From: Azolla caroliniana
Lineage: Eukaryota; Plantae; Polypodiophyta
Assembly (NCBI GenBank): GCA_043228905.1
Contig: JBHGNT010000114.1
Span: 1 to 64,000, forward strand
Direction of reading: 5' to 3'
Length of the DNA stretch: 64,000 nt
Position 1 is the first letter of the stretch. Every line of letters starts with the position of its first letter. The notes under the pieces were generated by a model. The model was given only the letters and a program-made list of their open reading frames with translations. It searched no databases and was not told the origin of the DNA. The translations under genes were made by a program, and so were the position numbers. Of the stretch, positions 61,801 through 64,000 are shown in pieces.

Positions 61801-62635
61801 GGACGATCGCCTTGACGCAATCATCCGATCTTGTTGATCGCCGTCCTGATGTTGTTAGTGTCTCCAAAGCAGGCTTTAAACTCACTAATAAAATCTTCAA
61901 AGTTATTAAGCAAGGGTGATTGTTTTTCTAGAATCGGAGCGAACCATGCTAAGGCTGAGCCACTAAGCAACGTGCCTATTAGGCCGACTCAGGATGCATC
62001 AATGGGGTATCGGGAAGGATGCATTTGGATGACCAATCGTACCTGATTAAGGAATCCCCAGAATTGCGATCGCATTCCATCAAATTTCACAGGAAGTCCA
62101 ATCTTTGGCTCTTTATGAAATCCTTGGGGACTCGATCCTTGTTGTTGCAATGTTGCTTCGAGTTGTTGTACCCGTAACGCTAACTCCCCATGTTGTTGTT
62201 GCGTTTGTTGTTTTTCTAGAGCGATTTGTTGCAGATCCCCTATCAGCCGTTGGTTTTCTTGTTCCAAGGCAACAAATTTTTTTTTTAGGCACTGGAGCTC
62301 AGAGAAAACGGATTGATATTCTTGGGCGCTAACAGTAGCCATAGTATAGGGAAAAGGGTAGGAGTATAGTATAGTATGTTGTTGCTTTAGTACTATTCCT
62401 GACAGTTTGAACCAATTTGGTTCAACATAATGCCTAGTGCCTTCTTTTATAGTGTTCTCAGGAGTAATCCTGAAGCTTCTAGAATGTTCCAGAGAAATCT
62501 AGAATATACATTAATTTCCTATAATAAAACTTAAATGAAAATAATATCCTACGTAATACAATAGATGGTATAATGGTCCAGAGCTCGACCCATATAACAT
62601 AAGGTCATGGGTTCGAGTTCTTCCATATCATGACA
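58855..62635 (-). mobile_element. Chromovirus (Tcn1/Tf1-like gypsy), non-autonomous: RT and most of RNase H deleted
   Basis: 3' LTR 58855-59292 and partial 5' LTR 62407-62635. TSD ACTGC/ACTGG. PPT AAGGAGGAGATAG. Gag 61524-62342 with a CCHC knuckle. Protease LLDSGA is fused at ~61005 to the RNase H tail. Confidence 0.93.
59285..60661 (-). pseudogene. Chromovirus integrase with GPF motif and C-terminal chromodomain
   Basis: HDTHMAGH..C, LDFITDLP, RLGPFRI, HPVFHSSLL and EYEVAVILDSK..YLVDWLGY..RTWEP. Confidence 0.93.
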
Positions 62636-64000
62636 ACTGGCATATGTTGTCAGTGCTTTCCTTTCTCTAAGTGGGCATCTCTTTCCACTCGTTGTTGGCT
62701 CTCTTTCGGATGTCTCTTCCAACTCTTCTCTTCGCTTAGGTTCGTACACGTCAATCAACATCTCCATGTTGGACGACTCCAACTCATACTCTTCAATTGA
62801 CCCTAGCAGCTCTGCCGACTCTGACTCATAGTCGATCGGTCTCTCCGAGTCGACTGACTTGGATTCCGCTGTGCCGACTGGTCGTCTCCGAACAGCCGAC
62901 GTTGTCGCTTCACTTGACCTTAGATCAACGATAGTTGGGGTTGACTAGGGAGTCATATCTGACTTCTGTTGCATCGAGTTTGCAATTGTTTTATCTTCAA
63001 GAAAGACTATGTCCCGACTTCTCACTACCTTCTTGTTGACTAGGTCTCATAGCCTATAGCCGAAATCATCTTCCGAGTATCCCATGAATATCCATGCTTT
63101 CGACTTACTGTCGAGCTTTGACCTCTGATCCTTCAGTACATGCATATACCCCAAATATCCGAACACCCTTAGGTGTTGGTAGGAGACATCCTTCCCTATC
63201 CACACTCTCTGTGGGACATCACCCTTTAATGGTACTGAGGGAGACCTGTTGATCAGATAAACAGTTGTGTACAGCGCCTTAGCCCAATAGGATTTTGGCA
63301 GTTTCGCATGAGAGAGCATGCTCGTTACCCTCTCCATGATTGTTCAATTCATCATCTCTGCAAGCCCGTTCAACTCTAGGGTCTTTGGCACTGTGTATTC
63401 GATTCGAATACCTTGGCACTTGCAGTACTCCTTGAATTGCCCTCTATACTCGCCACCATTTTTGGTTCGAACAACCTTCAACTTCCGACCCGACTCTCGT
63501 TCAATTCTAGCCTAGAACTCCTTGAAAACTGACAGTACTTTATCCTTCGACTTCAGTACCAAGGCGCATGTCTTCCGACTATAGTCGTCGATGAACATCA
63601 CAAAGTACTATCCACTTCAATGTGATGGAGCATCTACATAACACACATCTGTGCGTACCAGTTCTAGTGCAGCTTCTCTTCTTCTTGGTGGTCTTGTGTG
63701 GAATGTTGATCTGTTCTGCTTTCCGACTAAGCAGTCGACGCACTTCTCCAGGTGCACTCCCTTGACTTTTGGTAGAAGCTTTTGGTCGGCTAGCAGGTGC
63801 ATTCCTTTCTCACTCATGTGGCCGAGCCTCTTATGCCATATCTCTCCTGTTGAGTCAGCTGCCACATTTACTTCCAATTTGCACAGTCGGGCATGCATCA
63901 TATATAATGTGCCTTCTTTCTGTGCTCAAGACACTATAAGATTTCCTCGGCAGAACTTCCACTTGCCATTCCGAAAGTTACCACTATAGCCTTCGTCATC

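Larger units (their letters stand above)
56690..64000 (-). mobile_element. Tork/Tnt1-like copia element (3' LTR 56690-57240, RH, RT, integrase), running off the window
   Basis: PPT GAAGAGGGAGTT before TGTTGGGG. ORFs 57278-58837 (RT with LYVDD, RNase H) and 63047-63901 (integrase, pre-integrase). Inserted into the 3' LTR of H. Confidence 0.93.

Overview
Transposon-saturated land-plant DNA. The element families suggest a non-seed plant such as a fern or lycophyte (inference). I found no host gene, rRNA or tRNA gene, or CRISPR array. Target-site duplications (TSDs) and interrupted reading frames resolve most of the window into one nest. An old Athila/Tat-like gypsy element (H, 10414-56689) was split inside RT by an ~11-kb Sola-like DNA transposon with GGG termini and a 4-bp TSD. 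That transposon carries an intron-containing DDD transposase, a convergent multi-exon gene of unknown function, and AGTACT motif arrays in introns of both genes. It later received a copia element (12887-18338) and a gypsy element (25696-40758). The gypsy element in turn received a very young tRNA-Trp-primed gypsy element (33057-40115) with a 4-bp TSD and a -1 frameshift signal. An ~7.9-kb segment (about 42738-50613) is inverted, which breaks a copia element, the host RT and the Sola right end. Also present are three solo LTRs of one copia family, a second Sola-like (GHTH-type) transposase relic, an 841-bp non-autonomous hAT element, a Tork-like copia, and a chromovirus lacking RT. Most notable: (1) the two-gene Sola-like element with motif arrays; (2) a 32-nt tRNA-Arg copy at a PBS with A58 replaced by T; (3) a gypsy family with an inverted PBS copy where the PPT should be; (4) tRNA-like Pol III A/B boxes in the LTRs of two unrelated gypsy lineages; (5) the inversion. 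Coordinates were read by eye and may be off by a few bases.
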